The notes: generated by a model not told the origin, from the sequence alone. A stretch of 64,000 bases of DNA from an uncultured Fibrobacterota bacterium (GCA_964543525.1 CAZIYW010000011.1:1300-65299); one strand, 5' to 3'. Counted from the first letter of the stretch, positions 1 to 9,902 are shown. Numbers and translations are program-made.

Positions 1-851
1 AATAGCACAGGATTTTGAAACAACAGCGCATCCAGCTCTTTGTTACCATATCTGACATCACCGATAACCGGACAGCCGATATGCGCCATATGAACGCGTA
101 TCTGATGGGTTCTGCCGGTATACAATTCTATATTAATCTGGGAAACCTTCTTTTGTGTCTTTAATACCCGATACCTGCTGAGAGAGTGCTGTCCCCCGTT
201 ACCAACTCTGACCTTCATACCTCGATTCCTCTCATGGGTTCTTACCAGGGAGAGGTCAATGGTTCCCTTTTTGTCAGGTGGATAACCGTGACAGAGCGCG
301 ATATACCTCTTTTCAAAATCATGCCTCCACAGATAATGATGCAGTTTTCGAAGGGCCTGCTTATTCTTTGCAATCACTATTACCCCTGAAGTGTCTCGAT
401 CCAGTCGATGCACCAGTACCGGCTCACCACAGGCTCCCTTCTTTGCCTTCTGCCGTATATAACTCATCGCACAATCGATCAGGGTTTCATGATTCACATG
501 CCCGGTGCCGCTGTGAACAACTATTCCCGCAGGCTTATTACAAACAAGCAATGCTTCATCTTCATATATCACATTAAAATTATCACAGAAAAAATCTGTG
601 TGGACTAATGAGGCTACCTTTTCAGTTTCATGTTTTTTATCAGGAAGTAAATCATCTTCCCGTACCTTTATCACAATAGTATCACCTGTTTTTACCCGGT
701 GATTCTGTTTGAAACGCCTCCCGTTCAGCCTTATAATTCCCTTGCGTATAAACCGGTAAATGGAGGAAAGCGGGGTTTTAGGCAACGATTTCCTGAGAAT
801 CCGGTCAATGCGCACACCGTCTTCATCCGGGGAGATAGTTATTGTTTTCAT
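1..851 (-). CDS. RluA/RluC-family 23S rRNA pseudouridine synthase with N-terminal S4 domain (3' end runs off the window)
   Basis: Not in the ORF track. Manual minus-strand translation from ATG 851: MKTITISPDEDGVRIDRILRK (S4), NKPAGIVVH, HRLDRDTSG (catalytic Asp), TGRTHQIRVHMAHIGCPVIGD. ATGA overlap with the upstream VanZ stop. Confidence 0.93.
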   Translation of the reverse strand, partial: MKTITISPDEDGVRIDRILRKSLPKTPLSSIYRFIRKGIIRLNGRRFKQNHRVKTGDTIVIKVREDDLLPDKKHETEKVASLVHTDFFCDNFNVIYEDEALLVCNKPAGIVVHSGTGHVNHETLIDCAMSYIRQKAKKGACGEPVLVHRLDRDTSGVIVIAKNKQALRKLHHYLWRHDFEKRYIALCHGYPPDKKGTIDLSLVRTHERNRGMKVRVGNGGQHSLSRYRVLKTQKKVSQINIELYTGRTHQIRVHMAHIGCPVIGDVRYGNKELDALLFQNPVL

Positions 852-1237
852 GCAGCACGCTTCCGTCTGTAGAACCGGTATGCCGCGTAAAATCCCGTGA
901 TTACACCAATGGTGTCGGCGACAAAATCCTGCCAGGTGCAGAGCCGGTTGGGAATTGCCATCTGATGCAGCTCGTCAAGGCCTGCATAAGCAATACTGAT
1001 AATTATTCCCAGCTTGAGCGTTCCCGCCATGGAGACATTCCTGCCTAAATGCATATATCGGAACAATAAAAAGGAGAAAATAAAATACTCCACCCAGTGG
1101 GCAAATTTATCAAAATTCCACAGGCCGACTTCAGGCAATTTTTTGCCGGGTGTGGAGCTGACTGCGATCATGAGTGCAGTCCACAGAAGGAACGGGAGGG
1201 TGAGCGTGAGGAATTTATTCTTAAACTGTACTCTCAT
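848..1237 (-). CDS. VanZ-like membrane protein
   Basis: DKFAHWVEY and DELHQ..IPNR...D..ADTIG motifs, with several TM helices. Confidence 0.85.
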   Translation of the reverse strand: MRVQFKNKFLTLTLPFLLWTALMIAVSSTPGKKLPEVGLWNFDKFAHWVEYFIFSFLLFRYMHLGRNVSMAGTLKLGIIISIAYAGLDELHQMAIPNRLCTWQDFVADTIGVITGFYAAYRFYRRKRAA

Positions 1238-1332
1238 GATACTGTGTCTTATCCTTTACAAAAACAACCATTTTTCATTAACCGTATGCAATGTATGTTG
1301 ACTCGTGATATCACGATCATGTAATCCTTTAT

Positions 1333-1941
1333 TTAGTCGCTTGCGAATCTTCTTAAAGCATCTATAGCTCTTGAAAGGCTGTATGAACGTCTGCACGCCC
1401 TTGAAATACTCCACTGTTCATTCACAAAAGTCGTCAATACCGCATTATAATCAGGGCCAATCTTGGCTGTTGAATTCTGAGAAGGAAGAATACTCTCTCT
1501 TATTTTCCTTTTACATGAACGTTTTACTAGTGAAAAAAGGTGTTTCTTTGGGTCCGGAAGTTGTTCCGGAGATCGGTGAACAATATGATTACTAATACCA
1601 ATTAATTTACTTATTCCTACATGATCCGCCAACAGCCAGGCTTCAATTTCGGGAACCGGTATTCTGAGAATAAGATTCTCACTGATTCCTGACGGTAACA
1701 ATTTATTTCGGAGGATTGGTGCACACTCAGTTGTATCAAGGTCGATTAAAATAAGGTATGGATGGTAACGAGCTGCTTCATTAAATTTTGTTATATGTGA
1801 ACGTATATATCCGGAACCCCGTCCATGATATTTTCGATGAACGACATATCGATTAGAAGCTGATTTCAGTAATTTTTCAGCAATAGAAGCACTTAAAATA
1901 TCTTCAAAAACTATGTTAATATGAATATCTGAGCCAGGCAT
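1333..1941 (-). CDS. DUF4276-like (TOPRIM-fold) protein
   Basis: VFED near the N-terminus, LIDLD (DxD), EIEAWLLAD motif; 11 bp downstream of an ABC-type ATPase. Confidence 0.7.
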   Translation of the reverse strand: MPGSDIHINIVFEDILSASIAEKLLKSASNRYVVHRKYHGRGSGYIRSHITKFNEAARYHPYLILIDLDTTECAPILRNKLLPSGISENLILRIPVPEIEAWLLADHVGISKLIGISNHIVHRSPEQLPDPKKHLFSLVKRSCKRKIRESILPSQNSTAKIGPDYNAVLTTFVNEQWSISRACRRSYSLSRAIDALRRFASD

Positions 1942-1952
1942 TAAGTATCTCT

Positions 1953-3104
1953 TTAAATATCCAACGAGAGCTGATGCACTTCATGAGGAGTTGTAAGAGG
2001 TAAAGCAGCTTCAGCAACACTCATTCCAGCTTCCAAAAGAGACTGTATTTCTTTATACTTCACTGCTAGTTCCGCCTGCGAACCCTCTCTGTCTGTAGTT
2101 AAAACTATTGTTTCCTCCCCTGATATTCCTTTATCGGAGAGCAGATCATAGCTATGGGTACTTATGAAAACCTGCCTTTTCGACTTAGCCATTACTCTAT
2201 GCATAATAGATGGTATCTGCTTTACAACATCTGCGTTAAGAGATAATTCAGGTTCCTCTAAGAGAAGGAGCGTGTTACTTTCCATTAATGACCATAAAAG
2301 CCCGATAAGCCGTAATGTTCCGTCTGAAAACTGATCCTCCTGTTGTTTTCCGGCTTTAGGACGCCAATGTTCATACAGCACCTCTAAATGCGGCATACCT
2401 ACATCATCCTTGGTAAATTTGAGTCGGGTTAATTGTGGAACGGCGCATTTTACCGCTCTCTCAATTCTTTTTAACCGTGATTCCCGTGTTTTATCCTTTG
2501 TTTTAGCCAGTCTTTCAAGGAAACTTCGTCCATACGGGTCCCCAGGTATACCGGGTCCTGAAAAAGCCCACGGATTTCTCAGTAATTGTGGAATTAAATG
2601 TAAATATAACGTCGAGCTCAAAAATGACGTAATTTCCCGGAACTCTTTATTAGCGGTCGTCTGCTCCAAATATGTTTCGGTAAGACGTTCAGAATCGATT
2701 TTATCATTTTTATCAGGTCTCTCCAATACCAATGAGTTATTCTTCCAAACACTTTCAGAATGTACTAAAGGACGACGGTGACCACGAGTCTCCTGAGTAA
2801 TCTCTAAAGAATATTTCCATTTCTCTTCGTTACCGTTTCCCCCGGATATAACCACTTCTATCTTAATTATAGGATCAGATTTTGCAGATAAGCAACGAAT
2901 CTTCGACACCCCTCCTCTATCTTTGACAGCAGCCTGCAGTCCACCTCCCTGCCCCTTTGCTATATCTCTCAGAAAACGAAATACATCAAGAAGATTTGAC
3001 TTGCCGGAAGCATTGGGGCCAATCACAAACATCCTTCTCCTCATGTCAACATCAACATGACGGAAATTACGCCAATTTCCGAGCGTAAGGTGACTTACCT
3101 GCAT
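1953..3104 (-). CDS. ABC/AAA_21-type ATPase
   Basis: Walker A GPNASGKS, signature FSDGT, Walker B LLLLEEPE, H-loop STHS. Start moved to ATG 3104 (MQVSHL), which follows a GGAG SD. Confidence 0.88.
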   Translation of the reverse strand: MQVSHLTLGNWRNFRHVDVDMRRRMFVIGPNASGKSNLLDVFRFLRDIAKGQGGGLQAAVKDRGGVSKIRCLSAKSDPIIKIEVVISGGNGNEEKWKYSLEITQETRGHRRPLVHSESVWKNNSLVLERPDKNDKIDSERLTETYLEQTTANKEFREITSFLSSTLYLHLIPQLLRNPWAFSGPGIPGDPYGRSFLERLAKTKDKTRESRLKRIERAVKCAVPQLTRLKFTKDDVGMPHLEVLYEHWRPKAGKQQEDQFSDGTLRLIGLLWSLMESNTLLLLEEPELSLNADVVKQIPSIMHRVMAKSKRQVFISTHSYDLLSDKGISGEETIVLTTDREGSQAELAVKYKEIQSLLEAGMSVAEAALPLTTPHEVHQLSLDI

Positions 3105-3196
3105 TTTTACTCTCCATTTATTAATCAAAGCATTTCCCTCGACAAGACTAAATCATGTCAGGGGTGTTACGTAATAAAAATATACCAATACGGGTA

Positions 3197-5644
3197 TTAA
3201 TTTCCAAAGGAAAAAACACCCCGCCCGACATTAATCTCTCTGACCTCAGGCACATTTTTCTTCCCACCTGAGCCATGCTGGTCGAGATAATATACCTGAA
3301 GGATATCGCCGGGGCGCACGGAAAGGCGATCTTTTTCCCGGGGTTTAAGGGCAAATACCGTACCGACTTCCGCAACGAAAACACCGGTGTTATTGCCGGT
3401 TTCAATGCAGGTTACGGGCAATTTATCGCTTGTCAGCCGTGAAGCGATTTTTATCCAGATTTTATCGCGGGTATTACTTTTCAGATTCATGTCATGGTCG
3501 GTAATGGTTACCGTAACATTCTGTCCGGGAAGGATAAAATCAGCGGGCGATAGTGTCACTATTGCATCGCTGCCCATCAGCAGGAGATCGCCCCAGAGGT
3601 CAGGAGAAACCGAGATATTTCTACCCATGTTTGTCACCCAGCGGATAAGCACGCCTTCACCATTGTTTATTGAATAATTGAATCCGATACTTTTTCCCGG
3701 CAGCGGATACCACTTCTCACACAGGACTGCAGGTACAAATACTTCACAGGTGTATTGATTTCCCTTTCGTATTGACCCGAACTGTATAAGGCCTTTTTTC
3801 AGAGGTTTTGGGATAAAAGCATGGGGTGACGAGAACACCGATTGTCCGGTACTCCCCTGAACACCGTATGCACGGGGCCATACCCAGAACTGAAAGCTGC
3901 GCCCGTTTATCCGGTGCGAATCTTTATGGTTAAGTGGATCGATAAAAATTTCCAGCGCGTCAGTGTCCCAGAATGTGGCAACGTTATGGGGGTTATCACG
4001 GTTATCATATATCTGATACGCGAAATAGATTCCCCGATTATCCCATTGTACCATGAGGCAGTTGCAGTTCTGCATTTCCGGCGGTAGTTTTTTCAATCCC
4101 TGCCCACTGCCGTATATCGCATAAAGCCTGCAGTGCCGCCATTCATTCAGATTGCCGTCGATAACTATCGGCGTCGTCCTGCGAACAGCCCCACCCCAGG
4201 CATTGGAATAGCTTCTCGTTTTGATAAGCGGTGTATAGGTCTGCAGCGTATCGCTCTTTTTTATGTTCTTGGTGAGAAAAACCTGTCTTGGAGAGGTATA
4301 GTCTTCCTTTTCTGCTTTCCCCATCGCACCCTTACCAATGCCAAGGGTTGTTGTGCCGGCAAGGTACCGTTCACGAATCTTTTTAGCAGCTTCTGCATAC
4401 TTGGCGAGGTTCGGCATGAGCAAATTCGGAGAAGCAGCCAGCTTACTGACAAGGTCAAGATAGTCCCGGGCCCATTGACTATAGTAATAGGGATTTTGCT
4501 TCAGGTCAAGTTCCGACGGCCCATCCCTGAACCATGCTGCAATATCCTCACCAAGTCCCTGCTGGAGTGTCTGGAGGAATTCTTCAATCTGACCCATTCC
4601 GCCTTGAATTTTTTCTCTCTGCTCCAATGCCTCCGCAATTGCTTTTGTAAAATCGATTTCAGTCAGTGCAGAAAAGGGGACATCACTACCGAGCATTGAG
4701 CGAGCCATCTCCAGAGCTTCTTTACCAAGCTCCCCGGCAAGCTTTTTCTTGTCGATAAAGAGTGTCCCAAAGAGAGTAAAACCGGAGCCGCCTATTTGGG
4801 GAATTGTCTCCCTGAAACAATCCTGTATATTGACATCAGGTATTTCATCGTTACCCGGAAAGGTACCGCCTTTTCCCGAACTGGGATACTCACAATTCTT
4901 TTTTCCACCTCTGCCGGGTAATAAACCGCACCGTGCCAGACACTGTTTCAGAGCTTCGCGCATCATTTCGCGCATACGATCCATAGCCTCTTCCTGCAGA
5001 GAAAAGAGCATCGACTCTTTCCAGAGCTTCATGAGTTCCGGATTGGTAACCATGCGGGAGAAGAGCCCCTCATTTCCCATCAGATCCTTCAGGCCCTTAC
5101 CATATATTTTCTCAAGCCGCTCAGCAAGACCGTCAATCAGTTTTTCCCAGTCATTTTCATCGTAAAACTTCTGCAGTGCGCTGTCATTGAGGTGTTTAAG
5201 AATCTGCTCCACGGCAGCCCTGCGAAGGAACTCACTCTGTGCAAAGAGAGAATCGCTGTCCGGCTGCCGGAGATAATTTTCGAGAAACTCTTGAAGTTCC
5301 TTTGATCGTGCAAACCGTTCCTCATACCATTCTTTGTTATATTCCGCGGGCTCTGTCTCTGTATATGCACCCCATTGCTTGATAGACAGGCTATCTGTCT
5401 GCCAGAGGCTTTCTATAACGGCGCTGTCCATGTATGGTGAAAGCAGGGATTCAAACATTTTGTAATCGACGGTCTCTTCATCGGCAAACTCACTGTCATC
5501 GATCGAATCGGCCGGCATTTCACGAGAGATATCCTCCTCATCCGGTGTCTGAATCACCCTGATGAATGCGGAAAATACCAGGGCATGCACAAGAAGGGAT
5601 ACTGACAGAAAGGTATTGAAATTACCGTTCATAACGACACTCAC
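3197..5644 (-). CDS. TonB-position protein: N-terminal TM anchor (S-x3-H), acidic and helical linker, CBM9/DOMON-like domain, C-terminal Ig-like domain
   Basis: TM FLSVSLLVHALVFSAF; IDGNLNEW..WDNRGIYF..DALEIFIDP..YTCEVFVP..GFNYSINN (CBM9-like); TITDHDMN..ETGNNTGVF. GTG start overlaps the exbD stop by 4 nt. Confidence 0.6.
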   Translation of the reverse strand: MSVVMNGNFNTFLSVSLLVHALVFSAFIRVIQTPDEEDISREMPADSIDDSEFADEETVDYKMFESLLSPYMDSAVIESLWQTDSLSIKQWGAYTETEPAEYNKEWYEERFARSKELQEFLENYLRQPDSDSLFAQSEFLRRAAVEQILKHLNDSALQKFYDENDWEKLIDGLAERLEKIYGKGLKDLMGNEGLFSRMVTNPELMKLWKESMLFSLQEEAMDRMREMMREALKQCLARCGLLPGRGGKKNCEYPSSGKGGTFPGNDEIPDVNIQDCFRETIPQIGGSGFTLFGTLFIDKKKLAGELGKEALEMARSMLGSDVPFSALTEIDFTKAIAEALEQREKIQGGMGQIEEFLQTLQQGLGEDIAAWFRDGPSELDLKQNPYYYSQWARDYLDLVSKLAASPNLLMPNLAKYAEAAKKIRERYLAGTTTLGIGKGAMGKAEKEDYTSPRQVFLTKNIKKSDTLQTYTPLIKTRSYSNAWGGAVRRTTPIVIDGNLNEWRHCRLYAIYGSGQGLKKLPPEMQNCNCLMVQWDNRGIYFAYQIYDNRDNPHNVATFWDTDALEIFIDPLNHKDSHRINGRSFQFWVWPRAYGVQGSTGQSVFSSPHAFIPKPLKKGLIQFGSIRKGNQYTCEVFVPAVLCEKWYPLPGKSIGFNYSINNGEGVLIRWVTNMGRNISVSPDLWGDLLLMGSDAIVTLSPADFILPGQNVTVTITDHDMNLKSNTRDKIWIKIASRLTSDKLPVTCIETGNNTGVFVAEVGTVFALKPREKDRLSVRPGDILQVYYLDQHGSGGKKNVPEVREINVGRGVFSFGN

Positions 5645-6048
5645 TTGACTTCATGGGCAAAGCGCTCTATGCCGAGCGCCTGCAGCACGTCATAGATATA
5701 AACGATACTGTGATACGGCGCCTTTTTATGAGCGCTGATGACCACCACAGAATCCCCGGTCGTTTCTATCCGAATCTTTAGGACGTCGGCGAGCGCATCC
5801 TTTGCACAGGGCTTATCACCGAGGATGTAGCCGCCGTTTTCCTTTACTGTGAGAACTGTCGTGCTTTCACGGGATATTTTTCTACTCTGCTCTGCCAGTG
5901 GCAGGTCCGAGACTATTGTTTTATGCGTATCATCCCGATCAAACGTGGTTGTCAGCATAAAAAAGACCAGCAGCAGAAACATCACGTCAATAAGTGGGGT
6001 AAGTTCAGGAAAAAAATCATTCTCTTTTATCGGATTCTTTATTTGCAT
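5641..6048 (-). CDS. exbD: ExbD/TolR biopolymer transport protein
   Basis: LTPLIDVMFLLLVFFM signature followed by a periplasmic domain. Confidence 0.9.
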   Translation of the reverse strand: MQIKNPIKENDFFPELTPLIDVMFLLLVFFMLTTTFDRDDTHKTIVSDLPLAEQSRKISRESTTVLTVKENGGYILGDKPCAKDALADVLKIRIETTGDSVVVISAHKKAPYHSIVYIYDVLQALGIERFAHEVK

Positions 6049-6132
6049 AATGGTATTTAATCGTCCTTCCTCCTCATCCTCTTCTCTTTTCTTTTAAGAA
6101 CCAGAAGGAAAACAGTTTATACAATATAATGC

Positions 6133-6762
6133 CTACTTATTCCCATACCAATTGACAATATCAAACAACAAAGCCCGTATCTTCTTGAACTGACGCTGTG
6201 CCCATGCACGCAGGCAATAATCCGCAAAAAGCGTCGGTAATGCGATTCCCAGGCCGCTAATAGTTGTTATAAGCGCCACCGATATCCCGCCGGCAACACT
6301 CTGCTGGCTCAGACCAACCTCTGATATCCGGCTAAACGCGATCGCCAGCCCGACTACGGTTCCCAGAAGACCGAGCAGCGGGGCAATATGGCCGATAGCC
6401 CGCAGCATCCACAAATTATCGTTCAATTTCTCCATATGACTTTCCGCACTTTCAGATATTGCCTGATCCAGCGCCATCGTCCCCTTACCCGACTGGTACG
6501 CAGTAAAGGCATCGCGAATAATAACCGCCGCGAGCGAGCGGTCATCCTTTACCCGGGAAAGTATTTCACTGTTTTTCATTTCAAGAGCTGCCGTACGGAT
6601 TTTACTGATACACTCGACCGACAGACCGGTCCGTTTACCCAGAACGAATATCCGCTCCAGAATAACCGCCAGAGAAAGTATGGAAAGGAGCAGCAGGGGA
6701 ATCATGAATACCAGACCGCCTTCGCGGAATAACTGAACGAGTGAGTTTGTTATCATATACAC
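6133..6762 (-). CDS. exbB: MotA/TolQ/ExbB proton channel protein
   Basis: APLLGLLGTVVG and GGISVALITTISGL motifs, 3 TMs. Confidence 0.9.
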   Translation of the reverse strand: MYMITNSLVQLFREGGLVFMIPLLLLSILSLAVILERIFVLGKRTGLSVECISKIRTAALEMKNSEILSRVKDDRSLAAVIIRDAFTAYQSGKGTMALDQAISESAESHMEKLNDNLWMLRAIGHIAPLLGLLGTVVGLAIAFSRISEVGLSQQSVAGGISVALITTISGLGIALPTLFADYCLRAWAQRQFKKIRALLFDIVNWYGNK

Positions 6763-6919
6763 AATCCTGTTGTTTTGCGTGAATACCTGTTTAAAAGATT
6801 AGACACGAGCTGTAAAAAAAAGTTCCATTGTAAAATATAACATTTTCTTGCCGGGCACAGGTTTGCCCCGGAATAATGGAATTTCAATGTTGTCGGTTCG
6901 AATGTTGCTTTTATAAATG

Positions 6920-7140
6920 TTAAGATCGAAAGAAAATACCACCATCAATGGATGGGGCAACGTTTTTTTTTCCTTTTTCGAAAGAGTATGAGCCATACAA
7001 TCCAAGCATCATATTGAATCCGAAACGGAACACATAGAATTCTATACCGGCTCCCACTTTCCGGCTAATATGTTATCAGTGCAACCGATATACCGTACTT
7101 CAGATTTAAAATTGACGCAACCATTTTTTTTAATACTGCC
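6920..7140 (-). pseudogene. Possible remnant of an outer-membrane beta-barrel gene (3' end only)
   Basis: Minus strand reads KVGAGIEFYVFRFGFNMMLGLYGSYSF..PSIDGGIFFRS* with alternating hydrophobic pattern; no start codon, and a frameshift upstream. Confidence 0.35.
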
Positions 7141-7203
7141 CGCACTACTTTTACACCCACACCTGTGTACGCTTTATCGTCAATATAAAATTAAAAAAAT
7201 ATT

Positions 7204-8406
7204 TCATCTGCAATGAACAACGATTTGTTCTCTATGACTTCCTTTTGTAAAAAACAGATACTCCTCTCCCCCGTCACCAAGCTTCAACATCTCTTTAATC
7301 TCCTCCGGGGCTAATGGAAAATCACGGCGGGCAATGTTTGCTTTTATAATGTTTTTCTCTTTGAGGTACTGTTTGACTTTTTTCCGCTGCCAGGGAATAA
7401 CGGTGACTACTTCAAAAATTCTTCCGGGGAAATCAATAACGCATCGTTCGGAGGTCATATAATCTATGGTATTGTTAACAAAGGGAATGCAGAACTCTTC
7501 GGCAACTCTTTCACTGCATCGAGATTTTATTATAGCTGGATCCGGGTCGTAAAAATAGCGGCCAATGGTGTTCGAGCAGATTCGCGATAATTTTTCATCA
7601 CCCTTTCGTTCAACTTCCACTTCAACGGCGCCGTCCGCTGCAAGCATAACCACTTTTACCAACGGTGACCGGGACGATGCTTTCCGGTTCAGCAGAAAAA
7701 GTATCTCCCTGCATTCACCTTCGACGGATACGACTACGGTTGTGTACAATCCGGGAAGCTGCATTTCCGCTTCGGACATTTCAAAAGCGGGTGAGGCCTT
7801 TATACAAATATTGGGTGCTTTTTTATAAAACAGTTCGATATACCCGGTAATATCCGGCTCACACCTGGAAAAACCGACGTAACGCCCCCGGGTATCACGC
7901 CGCGAAGGGTCACTATAGATCCAATCAAACGAGTTGTCCGGGTATTGAGATAAAATGGTAATACAATCTCCGGTATGTACGGTTATATTGGTTTTTTTCA
8001 GAGTCTTTATATTTTCCGAGAACAGACCGGCAAGTATGGGATTTTTTTCACAATACACAACCTTATCGAATAGTGTCGAGAGAAAGAAGGTGTCAATACC
8101 GAGCCCTCCGGTGCAGTCAAAGAGCCGCTGCCCCTGCATAAGCGTGGTTTTATAACGGGCTGTGGCTTCTGAAGAGGACTGTTCAAGCGCCACCCGTTCG
8201 TAAAGGATCTCCTTTTTTGAAAGTAAAGGTAATTTTTTCACGGCCTTTTTATAGCAGGCAATCTGTTCAGCAACAGCACGGACAGGCAGGTTTGATTTTT
8301 CGGAATAGTGCAGCGCAAATTCCGACGGGTCATCATCGATATGCGCTTTTAGGAGGGCTCTGGTCCGGTTGTCATTTATAAATTTATGCAACTCTTCTTT
8401 ATTCAT
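7204..8406 (-). CDS. Class I SAM-dependent methyltransferase with C-terminal THUMP-like domain
   Basis: EQSSSE, DCTGGLGID (SAM binding), DPSRR, IKASP; C-terminal ANIARRDFP. Confidence 0.8.
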   Translation of the reverse strand: MNKEELHKFINDNRTRALLKAHIDDDPSEFALHYSEKSNLPVRAVAEQIACYKKAVKKLPLLSKKEILYERVALEQSSSEATARYKTTLMQGQRLFDCTGGLGIDTFFLSTLFDKVVYCEKNPILAGLFSENIKTLKKTNITVHTGDCITILSQYPDNSFDWIYSDPSRRDTRGRYVGFSRCEPDITGYIELFYKKAPNICIKASPAFEMSEAEMQLPGLYTTVVVSVEGECREILFLLNRKASSRSPLVKVVMLAADGAVEVEVERKGDEKLSRICSNTIGRYFYDPDPAIIKSRCSERVAEEFCIPFVNNTIDYMTSERCVIDFPGRIFEVVTVIPWQRKKVKQYLKEKNIIKANIARRDFPLAPEEIKEMLKLGDGGEEYLFFTKGSHREQIVVHCR

Positions 8407-8756
8407 ATAATTCGTCTGATATGAGAAATAATCCAGGAATATATGGCATGCCGATATATCTGTTTCTTCGTATGCTTAAAAAATATTATCAGGCATATCA
8501 TTTATTAAGAAAACATTTCATTTTGCCACATCGGTTCTTTACCGTCATTATTTTCTGCTCCGCCGCAAGAGAGCGGCTGCGACTTAAGCGCATAACATAA
8601 ATATTTTATATACATAAATACCTTTAAGCACGATTAGGCGCTATTGTGCCATTTAATACAATTAAAATCAATTGATTACAAAATGATTACTCATTTAAAA
8701 ATAATTATATTTACTAATTTTGCTTAAATTTTATAAGCATTTTTTTAAAAAAAGTG

Positions 8757-8785
8757 TTGCGCGAATCAAAAAAATGTGTTATACT
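8757..8785 (+). promoter_or_regulatory. Sigma70-type promoter for the 8867 lipoprotein
   Basis: TTGCGC-17 nt-TATACT with extended TG and an AT-rich UP region. Confidence 0.55.
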
Positions 8786-8866
8786 ACATAACAGGAATCA
8801 GGAAGAAAGTATGGAATGGGCAAATATATCAATTAAACATTTTTCTTCAATCTTACAGGAGGCCTT

Positions 8867-9619
8867 ATGAAATCCTCAATCTTCATGTGCCTGGCAGCTT
8901 TGCCGCTTATCGCTCTTACCGGCTGTAATTTCAGCCCGCTGCAGACGGAAAACGACGATCCACAGATCACGGTGGAGGACGGCAATGCCGGTAGTGCATC
9001 CCTGGAATTGCAGGACATGGGCGATGCGGCCATGGAACTCTGGAATGGTACCCGTGAAAGCATGCAGGATACAATCAATATCGATATCACTATTATTCCC
9101 TGGAAATATAACGCAACGGTTGAAGGCTGGGTTCGTGAAGCCAAAGGGACCCTCGACGGCGGAGAAGTCACCCGGTACGACACCCTCTGGTTCTATGACG
9201 CCTCCGGCGCCGCCCAGATGATTCCGTCAATGGCAACCACTGCAAGCTACCGCCATGTCCGTTCGGTAAACGGTACCTATAACAACACATTCACCTATCG
9301 CTACGAGATGAATGTCGTTCTCGAAAAAGGCGCAACCGATACGGTGTTTGTGTTCAACGGTACTATTAACGGCGAATTCAACGGCGAATCGGTGGATAAC
9401 ACAGTCATATCAAATGTAAAGCGGAAGCTCATTCACCTGCCGTTCAGATGGCTTGCTTTTCCGCATGAAGGCACCATTGCAATAGACCGCCCGTTTAAAA
9501 CCGTGTACATAGAATTCGGCGGTGCGCAGACAGCCAAGGTGACCGTCACCCGTAAATCCGACGGGAAAACATGGGTCTATACCATAAACATAGTCACCGG
9601 CAGAGCGGTAATTGGCTAA
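8867..9619 (+). CDS. Hypothetical beta-rich lipoprotein
   Basis: Lipobox IALTGC; AGGAGG SD. Confidence 0.75.
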   Translation: MKSSIFMCLAALPLIALTGCNFSPLQTENDDPQITVEDGNAGSASLELQDMGDAAMELWNGTRESMQDTINIDITIIPWKYNATVEGWVREAKGTLDGGEVTRYDTLWFYDASGAAQMIPSMATTASYRHVRSVNGTYNNTFTYRYEMNVVLEKGATDTVFVFNGTINGEFNGESVDNTVISNVKRKLIHLPFRWLAFPHEGTIAIDRPFKTVYIEFGGAQTAKVTVTRKSDGKTWVYTINIVTGRAVIG

Positions 9620-9639
9620 TAGGTTGATACAGTATACAA

Positions 9640-9683
9640 GAGAGAATCGATAGAATTGCCCCTTCCCTTCTATCGGTTCTCTC
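9640..9683. terminator. Stem-loop, likely terminator
   Basis: GAGAGAATCGATAGAA-12 nt-TTCTATCGGTTCTCTC (16-bp stem with one G-U), 20 nt after the stop codon. Confidence 0.6.
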
Positions 9684-9902
9684 ATTATCAGGATTAAAAG
9701 GTAAGGCTGTTATGTACAATACACGGCAAGCGTTTATCCGGAAGACAGGAGCAATATCACCGGGATACCTGTTTCCGGCTGCCGATGATACATAAAAGTT
9801 GTATAAAAGAACAAGGTATTTGAAAATGACGGAAATGTATTTTATGCGTAGGATTGTTATATACACGAATGAAGCTGCATCTTTCTCTGTGGAGTTCCGG
9901 AC

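Noticed and set aside
6763-7203. Cobalamin or c-di-GMP riboswitch upstream of exbB (GGGCAAACC seen on the minus strand)
   Set aside because: The GGCAAACC lies in a simple hairpin without the GAAA tetraloop/receptor, and no B12-box is present
9735-9785. Hairpin CCGGAAGACAGG/CCTGTTTCCGG with one extra base, considered as an attC
   Set aside because: No flanking AAC/GTT R boxes at the required spacing on either strand
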